A stretch of DNA of 64,000 nucleotides. Origin: Piedraia hortae CBS 480.64 (taxonomy: Eukaryota). Made by a program: the position numbers and the translations under genes. The notes below the pieces were generated by a model, which worked only from the letters and a program-made list of their open reading frames with translations, made no database searches and was not told the DNA's origin. The stretch is from the NCBI GenBank assembly GCA_010093745.1, contig MU005977.1:1-64000 (forward strand), in the 5' to 3' direction. Positions 46,747 to 58,773 of this stretch are shown here, in pieces. Position 1 is the first letter of the stretch. Each line of letters starts with the position of its first letter.

Positions 46747-47199
46747 CCACTGAATTAACTCGACATCAGTGTCAAGCTCATTCCATTCCTGATGGCTTCA
46801 CTAGCGTTCGATTCCGCCATATCCGACAGTGTTCAAGACTACCAGGCCCATCACACACAGAACTTGCAAGAGCACCAAGTCGATGCTGTGATCTCTTCTG
46901 CGACCTCAAGTTTACAAGTTTCCCCACGTGTCAAGTCTCACGTTTCTGGCATCGACTTACGTTTGCCTTGAATGTACACCTTTCCATGAGCGTAGGAGTC
47001 TCCTGTCACCACTGGTCGAATATTCAGGTATTCACAAAGCCTGTTATAGGAGCGTAGCCCAGCTGCTGAAAGCACCTCGTAACTGGCGAAGATATGACAA
47101 TCAAGTTCAAGAACTGCTTTCACCGCTGGGAGGCCCATCTGATAATTAAAATACCCGATCGGCTACAGAAACCAGCTCCAAAGACACAGAATGCCCTTA

Positions 47200-47520
47200 G
47201 CTTATACGGTCATCACCACCAGGAAACGGCCGGATACGATACCACCACTTCCTATCGACGAAAAGCACTCATACTCTGCTGGACGTCAAAAGCCAGTTTT
47301 GAGGACTCATTCCACCACCCGTAGGGGCCATCTACCGATCAAGAGCATGAAGTACTCGGCTGATGAACTTGTCACTCAGGATGCAAGCGCTGCCGCCCAC
47401 TTGAAGGCAATTCGATCGAGCATTAGCAGCAAGTGCCTTTCGGGGCTGGATCATCAGACTTGGAAATCCCAATGCCAATCATTGAGCTCATCCATGATTA
47501 CAGGAGACTAACCTTTCATC
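47200..47520 (+). pseudogene. Possible SF2/RecQ-like helicase relic
   Basis: KALILCWT..E, then LAASAF/GAG across a frameshift, resemble helicase motifs IV and V. Heavily degenerate. Confidence 0.25.
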
Positions 47521-49631
47521 GAATACATCCTTATGACATGAGAAGGTCGCGAGCCACAAAGGAGTCCCAAGATTCGTCTCGATCAAGAAACCTCTGCATA
47601 CCAGACCCAACCTGTGCTGAAGTACTAGATTAACAGGCCTACCGCCCACTGGGATATCTGGGTATCGTTTCGAGAGTGCATTTCGGCATATACAGTCCCC
47701 TTATTGGACTCAAGATTGGACTCAAGAACAGTTGGGTTGCATTCAGGCTCGTATCCATCAGCCTATTAGTACTTTCATTAGATGCATCTCAATGATGTCG
47801 CCAACATTCTACTTCCCAGCATGGTTCCTGCACCCTTGGGCTCCCTCTCATGTTTGTTCCACAGCATGGCAGCTTTTCGGGCTAGTTTTCATCAATCCAA
47901 GGCCATTGTCTCCCTCCAAATATACCCCTTCGTTTGTCTTGGTTCCAATGCCTTCCCGGGCTACGCATTCATCAGCTTCAGAGCTGATGATATCGTGGTG
48001 TCTCCTTGGATACTCAAGCAATATAACTGAAGCGCCGAGTCGACTTCTGGTTTTCTTTACCGGAACTGACGCAAAGCTCCAAGAGCCCTAAAAACATCGG
48101 TCTACTGGGTTGTGGCGTATTTCAGACAACTAATAAAATGCACCCGGTCACCATCATTTGACATCTCCATGTGTAAAGGGCAAGGTGCTCGCGAATCTTC
48201 TGGTCGATCAAATTTTGATCACAACCTCTGCATTGCGAGCATACCGTTTTTGGAATTTTCTTGGAAATCCTTGGTTTCTACTTTTTAACGGGATTCTGAG
48301 TTTGCCTTTCATGTCGCGTTAAATTTGTCATGAAGTATGCGCTCGCAAAAGACGTCAAGGCACACCAGAAGCGGGCGAAAATGGGAGTAGAGAAGGAGAT
48401 GAGAAGGGAAGCCCCGATTCTCGTATTGAGTAATATCGTTACATCGGATAAGAAGTCTGATAAGGAAGCGGATGGTGCTGCTACAGACGTTAGCGTTCCC
48501 AGAAGACTCGAAAGCCTGACCACGATCGTCCTAGTCCCTCTTCCCAACCCTAAGCCCCTAGACCGCTTCCTTTCCTTCCTTAAAGAGGGCTCTGCTGATT
48601 GATAGAGTTGCTTCACCCGAAAATGGCGGAATGGTTTAGACTGGACGCATTATGCCATCGAGTTAGGATGTTAATGGCGGTGTGCGCTTGTCAGCGTCGC
48701 TTATCTAGAAAATGAGGTGGAGGAGGAGGAGGAGTCTTGGCAAAACTCTCGATGTGACATTTCAAACTTGCATAAACTTTAATCACACATTCCCATATGC
48801 TTGTTTCCGACTGATAAGCAACGTAGTAGTAGGCTTAATTAACCGAGCATGTGCTCCCAATGTTGAAGCCGACTATGCTTCCATTTGGATCACGTTACTG
48901 CCGCCATTCTCCAAACGCCACACCGTGGTCGTCGCTTGTCTTCTTAAGATCTGCCAACTTCACCGAAGTACTGTCTTCGTGTCGATTGCTCATGGCCTTT
49001 AGAAATTAGCTGCGTTATGATGACTTCGTGGCGCACATCATTAATTTTCTTGTCCCGCATTTTCCGCTGATGCTTGGCACGATTGCAGCGCCATTTTACC
49101 ACCGCAATTATGACAGCAGCAACCGACATGAGTAGCAACTCAACGGCAGACTCTTTGGTTGAGCCAGCGGCGGAGTTTATCAGCAGAGAGTTGGTAGCAA
49201 GATGGGAGGTAAGCGGAGTCGATGGGTCGATCAATGCTGACACTTCCAGAGTCATTTCAGGCTCTGAAAACGGCTCCATGTATCTGGCTGTCATTTCCTA
49301 CCATAAGTTTCCCGCACATTTGCAGACTATGGAGGTTTCAAGGTGTTTAATGAGCTCACCCCTCGTGTTCTGTGAACTATTCCTACGAGGCTTGACGTAT
49401 GGGTCAGTTGTGGCGCTCGTTTCAATGCCCAGTCAACCATCTCCTACTCTTCATGTCGTCTGGGGAAAATTCAAGGCGACATGGCAGGCTTGGGTAATGT
49501 TGGAATCGTTACCAATGCTCGGGCTGGCGGCCGGTCTTGGTTCTTCGTCGTCCGAGGATGCTCTCTACAATGTCGTCGTGATAAATATCCTTTTCAGGCC
49601 TTTGGCTACAGCCTAAACGTCGCCTATCTAT

Positions 49632-49993
49632 TGTAGATATTTAGCTCTCGTGGGTGAGAGTGCACAGCGACCCGAAGAGGGCGGAGCGATAGACGGAATC
49701 AGGGACAGGAAAGATGTAGATGTATGTAAGTCAAAATACCAGTTGCAGTATGGTAGTGTGAATGACTATGTGTCTCAATAAGGGGACGTCAGAATGAAAA
49801 TTCTGTACCGGTGGGCCGGTGACGTCACGTCGTACACTAGCGGGGCGTATTCACCATGTCACATATGACATGACCCTCAGGGAAAACCTCTGAGAGGGAC
49901 AAACCTAGGGTGCAGCCGGTAGTGTAGGAGGTATCGCTGACTTGCTATGCAAGTGCCCTGCATACGCGCTAGCGGCGATGCTTGAATCCAACA
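49632..49993 (-). mobile_element. Solo LTR, family A
   Basis: TG...CA ends. TSD TCTAT at 49627-49631 and 49994-49998. Confidence 0.92.
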
Positions 49994-50146
49994 TCTATTG
50001 TAGTAGCCTACGAATGAATAGTCGGACGCCCCAGAAGATACTGCTTTTACAGATCTGAGAACCTTGGACCATTTCTGATAATTTAAACCAGTGAATCACG
50101 ACGATCTTGCCTTTCGTTTTGACCGCGAAGTCCATGTCTAAGGGAA

Positions 50147-50320
50147 TGTACGAGGCAGCGGCTAATGTCGATCCTTGCCGGTGCCTCGGTATGTCGATCG
50201 TATGATCGACATTGTAGTCGCTGATAGATTAGTTGTTTTTGTACATAGTTCCGCCCGCCGGCTCGGGCGGGCAGTTCTGCCTTTCTTTCATCGCTGTTTC
50301 CTGTCAACACCAGTGATAGA
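50147..50320 (-). repeat. Dispersed ~180-bp structured repeat, copy 2
   Basis: Reverse complement of 9185-9365. Confidence 0.85.
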
Positions 50321-51190
50321 ATACCCGATATGAGTAAGTATCCGACCGACTTTTCTCGCAAATGCGCCTAAGCGTGGGATAAAGGAGAGGATCCCCTCAA
50401 TCGCTGGTATGTTGTTGCCTATTCACACACCTGTTTATCGTCACACAAACCTAGAGAATTAATGCCCCGGGTCGACATTAAGCGACTTGAAGGTCCTCTT
50501 CCTTGGAAAGTTTTATTATCTGGCGGCTACCCTCTTCAGTTGGTAGCATGCATCGACTAAAATTCAATTTTAGACATCATCTGGTGGGAAACACGTGACG
50601 AATAATGTTCAGTTTTGTTCTCTATTCAATGATTGCAATAGACGATATGAAAGAGTAACAGCAGAAGAATCGAGTTCATCTTGGAATCGCATAAGTCTTT
50701 TGACGTTGATGATTGCGTCAATTTAGGACATTGAACAGCACAATTGTGAATCCTTGAACGAGACTACACGGTCACCTTGATCGGCGGAACGTATAAGTTT
50801 CAACAGCGCATGAACTTGCCGCCACTTGTTTGGTTGGCAACTAGTTGCTGCCAGTTTTGACGTTCGGGTAAGCAGGGTTATTTTCTGGGGAAAAAGGGCG
50901 TACCAGCTTCCTTTTTAACGCTAAGATGAGTCCTTATGAGATGTGTAAGACATGCCATGCCTTTGTCTGGCTTCTTTGGATAGTTAAATTCGGTTGGTGC
51001 GACGATTTTGTCCATTCGCGACGATCTCCAGTTTCCCAAATGGCTACAATCTGATTACACGCTGCTCACAAATGGCTGCGGGGATGGCCTTCTACAATCC
51101 CAGTCACGTTATGCTTCCTTCAATATCTTTCCAGGGCGCAACACATTAACTCATCGCCATCCCCACCGCAACCCTCACGCAACTCTCTTT

Positions 51191-52372
51191 CTACCACGTT
51201 TCATTCTCTTCTTCGTCCTGAATATCAACCTCCATAATCAACCTCGCTTCCTCTTCCTGCGCCGCAGTCGGCGGCAATCTAATCCCCTCCTCCCTCTCCC
51301 TCAACTGCATCAACACAACCATAATGATAACTTGCCACACAACAACCGCAAGTGTAACGACAATAATCCACCCCGCAACCGAACGATGTTCTCTCCTCCA
51401 CGGGCCAAGTCATTCTCTGCCCTCTCTCTAGGGAAACATCACAACACAGGCATCACTACCGTGGCTTCGGTCTGGAAATGGCCAGACCATATCTCGCGGG
51501 ATGGTGAGACCACAACACAAAAACGCATCCTGCACAGTGCGGATAGCAGCCGCATTCCTGTCGTGGAAGAGCTCTTGCCAGCGCTCGCGAATTAAGCAGT
51601 CGCTGCCGTGGATTTTTTTTGGCCCGCTAAGGGTGATTATAACGGTTTCATAGTTGAGTAAGATGGCGAAGAGGACGGCGTCGCGGATGAAGCGGCGGGT
51701 GGGAAGCTCACTTGCTTCGCTGCTTCGTGATCTGCAATGGGGAGTGGTTCGTATGATGGTCCTATTCAGGGCTACAATAACTGAGGCGAGGAAGGGAAAG
51801 ATGATTGATAGCGCGGGAAGAGCTCGGGAAATGACTAAAGAGTTGAGTGGAGTTTTTACAGAGGGTAGGAGCAGAGAAGGCTAGAGGAGGAATGAAGTGA
51901 AAAACAGATGGTATGTGTGGATGAGACGATGGATGGAGAGTAGAGATGTGTGTATGAGTGAATACAAGTGTATCTACGTGAGGACATCAGAGACTATATC
52001 CTGGGCTGGAAGGCCCGTGCGTAGCCTCGTATGAAGAGTCATCAACCGTATGACCGCAAGCAAGTGGTCATACATGCAGTAAGACCGTCAGCATGCAGCC
52101 TTACTCCATGACTCACCTCAAACAGTAGCAGGGCGCATTCACCATGTCGCATGCAACATGACCCTGAGGGAAACCTCTGTGAGGACAAAACCTAGGGTGC
52201 AGCTGCTGGTGTAAGAGGTGTCGCGCAGTGGCGTTGTACACTGATAGCAACGAGACTTCATGTTGGCATGAAGTACTTGATTCAGAGTCAGTGAGTATAT
52301 ACTCTATGGTTATCGACGACCAACTGCTATGCTCAAGACGAGAATGATCAGCTGGGGTTTGGAAAGAGCCAT
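51191..52372 (-). pseudogene. Tetraspanin Tsp3-like pseudogene split by a solo LTR (not in the ORF track)
   Basis: Manual translation gives CLIRERWQELFHDRNAAAIRTVQDAFLCCGLTIPRDMVWPFPDRSHGSDAC..*..*LGPWRRE followed by a TM helix. CCG motif present; two in-frame stops. Putative exon 1 MALSKPQLIILVLSI lies beyond the LTR. Confidence 0.8.
51898..52268 (-). mobile_element. Solo LTR, family B, with a terminal micro-inversion
   Basis: Reverse complement of 44606-44979. TSD TGAAG at 51893-51897 and 52269-52273. Confidence 0.9.
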
Positions 52373-53008
52373 GATGAGAGATGAAAGACGAAAGGTGAAA
52401 ATTGATCTTCTTCGATACCCACGATAAAGCTGTAGCTGCTATCCAGCCACTCATGCAGGGTCCATACAATGTAGCCCGCTACGTTGAGCGATGTGAATAA
52501 GACCTACAATCCTCCGAGCCGTATGCTTCGTATCCGTTCAAACTCGACAGCGCTGTGTCGCATGGTAAAGGCGACATGTCACGCAAATGATGTATGCTAC
52601 TTAACCATCCTCCCGGACATGACCGAGGTTTCATTTCAACTTATCTTTTACTATTTCAACTAGTTCCATTTTACACAGTTCAAAATATACGACCCAAACA
52701 CACACTGTTCACCATGTCGTTCCATATAGGTATTACTTCATTCATCGCTGTGAAATTGGTCGCGTATGTATGCTGGCGTGAAAAAAATGGTGCTGGCCAA
52801 GGGATATTCAGAATGAAAGGACATTCGAGACAGAAAACAAGATCTGGATATCCATCCAATAGAGTTGGTTTTCGGCCAAGGTCTGCTAAGAAACAGTCCA
52901 CCAACCGGGGTGGTCTGACACTCCGCAACCCTAACCACCCCACCTTCGGCACGGGCCGCATCACTCAACCTTCGTCACTTCATCCAAAATTTCCAACCCT
53001 CCACCACA

Positions 53009-54667
53009 ATGGAAACCAACGACCTTGTAAAAGCCAACGGGGAGGTAAAAGTACAGCGCAAAAAAGGACGGGCGCCGACAGCACGACAAAATGCAGAGGG
53101 GGCAAAGCAGCGCAAGCGATTGGCGGAAGCGAACAAGCAGTATGGACGAGGGCCGGGGATCGTAACGCGGCGAATAAAAGACAAGAAGCTGCGAGGAGTA
53201 ATGGGCGCTCTGGAAGAGCGCAACCGGGAGGCTGTCCTCCAAGCCAAGGATGCCGAGGTGCTGTTGGAGCACAGCGCCGGTTTCATTGAAGCCGAGGGCG
53301 AGATGGAGCGAACGTACAAAGTCCAACAGGATGAGATAAAAGCACAAGTAGGCATCGAGACAGCCAAGATGGGTTTCGAGCTAAAACTTCCCGATTTGGG
53401 CCCGTATGTCTGCGACTATATGTGGCAGACAGGGAGGGACCTGTTGCTTGCGGGACGGAAGGGACATGTCGCGACCATGGACTGGCGCAGTGGGAAGCTT
53501 GGCTGTGAGCTGCAACTGGGTGAGACGGTCCGCGATGCCAAGTGGCTGCACAATAACCAGTACTTTGCTGTTGCGCAGAAGAGGCATGTGTACATTTACG
53601 ACGGCGATGGCGTGGAGCTGCACAGCATGGACCAGCTGACAGAAGTCACACACATGGAGTTCCTCCCAAACCACTTCCTGTTGGCGACTATAGGCAACGC
53701 CGGCTGGCTCAAGTGGCTAGATACGAGCACCGGACAGCTGGTGATGCAGCGTAGCACGAAGAAGGGCAAGCCGGAGGCGTTTGCGCAGAACCCATACAAC
53801 GCCGTCGTGCATGTTGGCCATCAAGACGGCACGGTGACTTTATGGGCGCCTAACCAGTCGACGGCGTTGGCTAAAGTGCTGGCCCACAGAGGCTCGGTAC
53901 GCTCTCTAGCCATAGACCGCGAGGGTCGCTACATGGTGAGCACAGGACAGGACCTGAAGATGGCCGTGTGGGACATTCGTAACTTTCGCCCCGTGCACAC
54001 GTACGCGCTGCGACGGCCAGGGAGCAGCGTGGCCATTAGCGACGGCAACCTCACCGCCGTCGGCTGGGGCACTCACACAACCATCTGGAAAGACCTATTC
54101 ACCATCGACACAACGGATGCGGACCGGAAAAAGTCGTCGTACCTGTCATGGGGTGGTGACGGACAAAACGTCGAACGCGTGCGGTGGTGTCCTGAACAGG
54201 ACGTCCTCGGCATTGCGCACGACAGCGGGTTCTCTTCGATCATCGTACCGGGTGCAGCAGAGCCCAATTACGATGCTCTCGAGCGGAATCCCTACCAAAC
54301 CGTCAAGCAACGGCAAGAGTCCGAGGTGCAGGCGGCGTTGACGAAGCTGAAGCCGGAGATGATTGCGCTGGATCCAAACTTCATCGGTCGTCTAGACACG
54401 GAATCAAACCGCAAGACGCAAGAACAAAAAGATTTCGACCGTCTAACTGGCGATGCCGCCGAGCGGAAACGCATCGAAGACCTCAAGAACCGCGGCCGGG
54501 GCAAGAACAGCTCACTGCGGAAATACCTCCGCAAAAAGGGCAACAGAAACGTCATGGACATGCACAAACAGCGCGCCATGGAGCTCAGGGAAGAGCTCAA
54601 ACAAAGACGAGGCGGTTCAAAGAGACAACAACAAGCCTTGCCGCCTTCGTTGGCGAGGTTCGCATAG
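53009..54667 (+). CDS. UTP7: U3 snoRNP WD40 protein (WDR46/BING4 family)
   Basis: GRDLLLAGRKGHVA, VRDAKWLHNNQYFAVAQK, QNPYNAVVHVGH, SIIVPGAAEPNYDALERNPYQT, LTKLKPEMIALDP. Confidence 0.95.
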   Translation: METNDLVKANGEVKVQRKKGRAPTARQNAEGAKQRKRLAEANKQYGRGPGIVTRRIKDKKLRGVMGALEERNREAVLQAKDAEVLLEHSAGFIEAEGEMERTYKVQQDEIKAQVGIETAKMGFELKLPDLGPYVCDYMWQTGRDLLLAGRKGHVATMDWRSGKLGCELQLGETVRDAKWLHNNQYFAVAQKRHVYIYDGDGVELHSMDQLTEVTHMEFLPNHFLLATIGNAGWLKWLDTSTGQLVMQRSTKKGKPEAFAQNPYNAVVHVGHQDGTVTLWAPNQSTALAKVLAHRGSVRSLAIDREGRYMVSTGQDLKMAVWDIRNFRPVHTYALRRPGSSVAISDGNLTAVGWGTHTTIWKDLFTIDTTDADRKKSSYLSWGGDGQNVERVRWCPEQDVLGIAHDSGFSSIIVPGAAEPNYDALERNPYQTVKQRQESEVQAALTKLKPEMIALDPNFIGRLDTESNRKTQEQKDFDRLTGDAAERKRIEDLKNRGRGKNSSLRKYLRKKGNRNVMDMHKQRAMELREELKQRRGGSKRQQQALPPSLARFA

Positions 54668-54686
54668 ATGATAAATGTACGAAATT

Positions 54687-56508
54687 TTAACTGCCAAATG
54701 CTCGGATCCATTCTCCCAGCTCGAAGCTCAGTCTTCTCAGAGTACTGGCGTCCAGGCCGAGCTTCTCTTTTTCACCGCCCACCTTCCGGGTAACTACAAT
54801 CAGATTCCCGCCGCCCGTGATCTCCACCGCGGCCTTGCCGTTGCCGGCTACATCTTCAGTGCTGTCTTTGAGATAGATGGTGACGTCGGGCCCGACAATA
54901 CCGCGCCATTGCGTCGCAGTCCATTGCCAGTGGTCTGTGGGCGAGTAGGCGTCGTGCGGGCCGATTACGATCTTGCACGCAAACACGTTGGATGCGTGCA
55001 GGGAGAAGTTGGGGATAAGGGCGATTGGTTTGCGATCGCCGTCTTTGGGGCTGAGAGCCCTGATTATGTCTGATGAGCGGTTCAGCCATTCGGTTGCGAG
55101 GAGATGGTACTGCACCATAGCCGCCTTGTCGCTATTCTGCTGCACGTCGGGGCCAGGCATGAGGCTAGTGTCTAGCTCGGGGCTTTTGGAAAGTTCGTCG
55201 TGTAGCCACTTGCCTAAAACTGCTACAGCGGAGGGACTATCGCCTTCAATAGCAATCAGAAGACCGCGAGGCCTATCTTTGCTGAGGGGCGCGGGCGGCG
55301 CCACTTGACCTAGCACTCGCACCTTGTACTGGAACGACATGGAAAGAATTTGGTCCTCGGCGCTCTTGGCCGATGCGTCGCTTCCGCCCGCTTCCGAACT
55401 TGCCGACTGCAGCGGTGGCAGCGTCAGTGACCGGTCGTGAGGCCCTACAGGTGATTGAATGAAGCCACTGCCGGCGCCGTTCATTGGCCGTGGAGGCGGT
55501 GCCATGAGCCCGGGGTTTACCATGCCGCGAAGGCCTGGGAGACTCTCCCGTCGGTTATGATATGCAGTACGCGACGGGGGCTGGCTATATTGAAATGGTG
55601 ATACTGGGTTCAGTGAAGCGCTCAGTGGCCCTGGTACATCGTTCCGGAGAGGCATAACGCGGAGGTCACCGTTGAACCGACGCCGCTTCGGTCCCGGACT
55701 GAGCACGCTATCGTGAGGCTCGTCAGAATGTCGCGGGAAATCTGGAATCTGCCCATTGCGATGAGCGGGCGAGTGCAGGGTGAGGTCGCGAAATCCAGGT
55801 AGCGTTCGGGCTACTGGGGTGACTAGTCCCGGTGTCTGAGGAATGGCTGATGACGGAGGTAGCTGTGGATGATGAGGTGGATGTGCTGGTGTAGAGGGGT
55901 GGGCGACGGCGGACGGGGCAAGAATGGTGCGGCCACCGCATTTTTGACATTTGCCTCTCTCAGCAGGATCAGACGTTGAGAGACTGTTGCGGTGTCCGTT
56001 GCGCTTGGGCTGGTAGCGGTAGCTGGGATACTGCTGCTGGTGCCGCAGCTTCTCCTCCTCAGCCAGCGCTTTCCATTCGCTCTTGACTTCTGGGGGCGAA
56101 TTTTGCCATTGCTCTCCGATGATTTTGGAGATTTCTGGATTCGCCAGGCCGGGGTTTTGGGCGACTACCATGGCCTGATGATGCTGTCGATAGAGAATGA
56201 AGGCTACGGCTATTAGCTGAGATACACACAGTCACTCACAAAGACTCACCATTTCGAGGTCGAGGGATTTTTGGATCAGGCTGACAGATGCAGACGTGGA
56301 GGGGAGTTTCATGAACTGGTGCCACTGCTCGGGCATGATCAAGTGCCTTGTCCTCTTCTTCAACCGTGTCAGCGTCTCGTTTTCGGTTCTGTGGACTGCC
56401 CTCTGGGGTCAATGGCGTTTTTGAGCCACTCGGACTGGGAGAAGGATGCCGTGGGCGGGTAGACGGCCCAGCCTGCTCTCTTTTGACCTCTTGCTGGTCT
56501 TCTGGCAT
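54687..56508 (-). CDS. HMG-box transcription factor (Rox1/Rfg1-like)
   Basis: CICQPDPKIPRPRN|AFILYRQHH spans intron 56249-56204. NPEISKIIGEQW, HQQQYPSYRYQPKR, CQKCGG. Confidence 0.92.
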
Positions 56509-57353
56509 GCTGCTAATCAGGTTCTTCGTGGGCTGTTAAGAAAGAAGCCTCCTTTCTTCCTGGCACGCCCATACAATAAAAGACAAATTGCATCCAACAA
56601 CATGGCCATTATGGCAAAGATGAGCCTTTGTCTCTATTATCTGCTTATAGAAAGTGGCATGTGATTCTTTGTCCGACCAAAGGCGTGGCCGTGCAACACA
56701 TTGCTTTGATTGTGCCGGCCACCATCAAGCAGATGCCCGCTGGGCCGTTCTTTGCTCTTTGTTGGAAGGGTGCGCCTTACGGGCCCTCAGAAGGGTGGCT
56801 AGGAATGTCTCAGTCGGCCACGCAAGGAGGGTCGGGCTGACGACCGACAAACAAGGTGCCAAATATGCTCTTATGATGGAATGCTGCCGTGCAACTCTTC
56901 GCCGACGGTGTTACCGGATTCTGGAAACCCCATTCACGAGAATGGGCTTGAACGGGGCGTCCATCCAGAAGACGATTGCGCATCTGCTGCACGTGTAGTG
57001 ACGTCCGGGGCTTTATGCTGTGCTACCAACCTCAAAGGGCCTTAGCGGTGAGAATCCCATTGATGACCAAAGCATTTGTAAGGCCTCTCTGGGTCAGGCA
57101 CCAAAGCCACGACGTCGCTGTTGCCCTTTGACGTCTGGCACCCGTTGCATGCTTCGCTGCAGGTCCCCGGGGACCCTTCCCCCCCCCCCTTCCCCATTGT
57201 CTTTGATGTCTTTGTTGATACTGCACATGTCTTGGTGCGGACATCCCTTGGATGTCCCATTTCTGGGAGAAAATGGAATCGTAACAAGCCTCTGCGTAAG
57301 CTATCTGCACGTCTGGCTGAGCCCTTGATACTGAACTTTACAAATTCACTCTC

Positions 57354-58379
57354 CTACCAGACGCCGGGTATCATCGAATACCGCTTTCTCTTATACTTGC
57401 TGCCCAGCTCATTGCGGTAGCGCTTCTCCTTTTTGGCTGCCCAGGCCCCCATTTGTGCCGTGGCCACGGCCAAGAAGACGGCAGTGCTCCAAGACCGGTT
57501 GACGAGCAAGATGCCCAGCCAGGCTAGTGTCTCAAACAAGTAGTTGGGACACGTTACCCAGTCGAAACCAAGGCCCTTGGGCACACCGCGCTCGGTGCCA
57601 CCAGGCGAGCGCAGATTACGGAGCACCAGATGCGCATTTAGATTGCCCAGCTCGCCGACCGCATACAAAGCGAGTGCGAGCAGGGTGACGGCCGGGTTGC
57701 CGGGCGCAGCGGCGGGACAGTTGGGCGAGTAAGTAAAGTAGGCAATCAGCACGCCCGAGAGCAGCCAGTAGTGAGCGCTGTTCTTGAAGATGTTGCGCAT
57801 CGGCATCGTGGCGCTGCTGAAGCGATGCACAAACAGCGTCTCCAGCTCGCGCTTAATAAAGTGGGCGCAGATCATGGCGCAGGACAGCGTCTGAAGCTGC
57901 GACGGCGGGCCCTTGGCCGCTGACCCATAGATCATAGGGCGTAGCAGATAGGTCAGCGGGTGAATGAGCAGCGGCCCAAGGTACTCGATGACGAACACCG
58001 TCCGCCATGCTATCTGCGGGCCTATGACGCGATCAGCTCTGTCATCAACGTGCAGGAGACGCTTGGTAGCCTACCGAGGTCCTTGACGAGAATCGTCCCG
58101 CCAGCCTGCAGCCCCACGCCGGCAACGGTGCAAGAACGGTCATTGGGGACGACTGCGCCGCCCTCGGCATTCGTGATGCGCAGGCGGTGCACGCTGATGC
58201 CGGCCTCGTTGGCTATGCGGTCGTAGAGATCGCGGCCGCTGCCCTGGATGTAGATGGATAGTTGCGACGGCAGGCGCGGAATGGGCTTGCCTTGCGTTAT
58301 CAGCTACAGCTACAACCCCCTATGAAAGACGGCCTTTACCTCGTGGCTGAACGCTCAAAACGACCGGTTTAGACGCCAT
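57354..58379 (-). CDS. TSC13: Very-long-chain enoyl-CoA reductase
   Basis: Introns 58339-58291 and 58074-58022. VKDL|GPQIAWRTVFVIEYLGP, KRELETLFVHRFS, NIFKNSAHYW, VTCPNY. Confidence 0.93.
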
Positions 58380-58773
58380 GATGAGCGGTGCGCAGTCTGG
58401 GGCTGAAAGGGGTTCTAAGGCGGCCAATCACGGGCGTTCGTCTTCGCTACTCTGCCCAGAACACGACAGTTGCGAGATGCACCTTTAGTTCCGATTAAGA
58501 TTCCCCTCAGCTCATCCTCCCGTGGCTGCCCCGTATGTGCGTACTTTTTCCAATGCTCCACTTTCCCGTTCCGTTACCGCCCAGCCTCCTTGAACGGCAG
58601 GGACCGGTGACATGTAGTGGGCTGAGCATGCAGCCCGTAGCCGAGGGCTAGCTCGAGGCGGATGTATAAGGTAGTGGCAGAAGACGTATTGCGAGTTCCC
58701 CCCTCAATTTTCTTTTTCTCGGACAGATCCTGATCCAGCTATCTAAGCTGGGTCTGATCGCAGATAGACCGAG

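Noticed and set aside
48278..49616. Short ORFs with hydrophobic stretches
   Set aside because: Broken frames and no recognisable family; may be a relic but cannot be supported.
51008..51884. Plus-strand ORFs 51008-51595 and 51654-51884
   Set aside because: Antisense shadows of the tetraspanin pseudogene.
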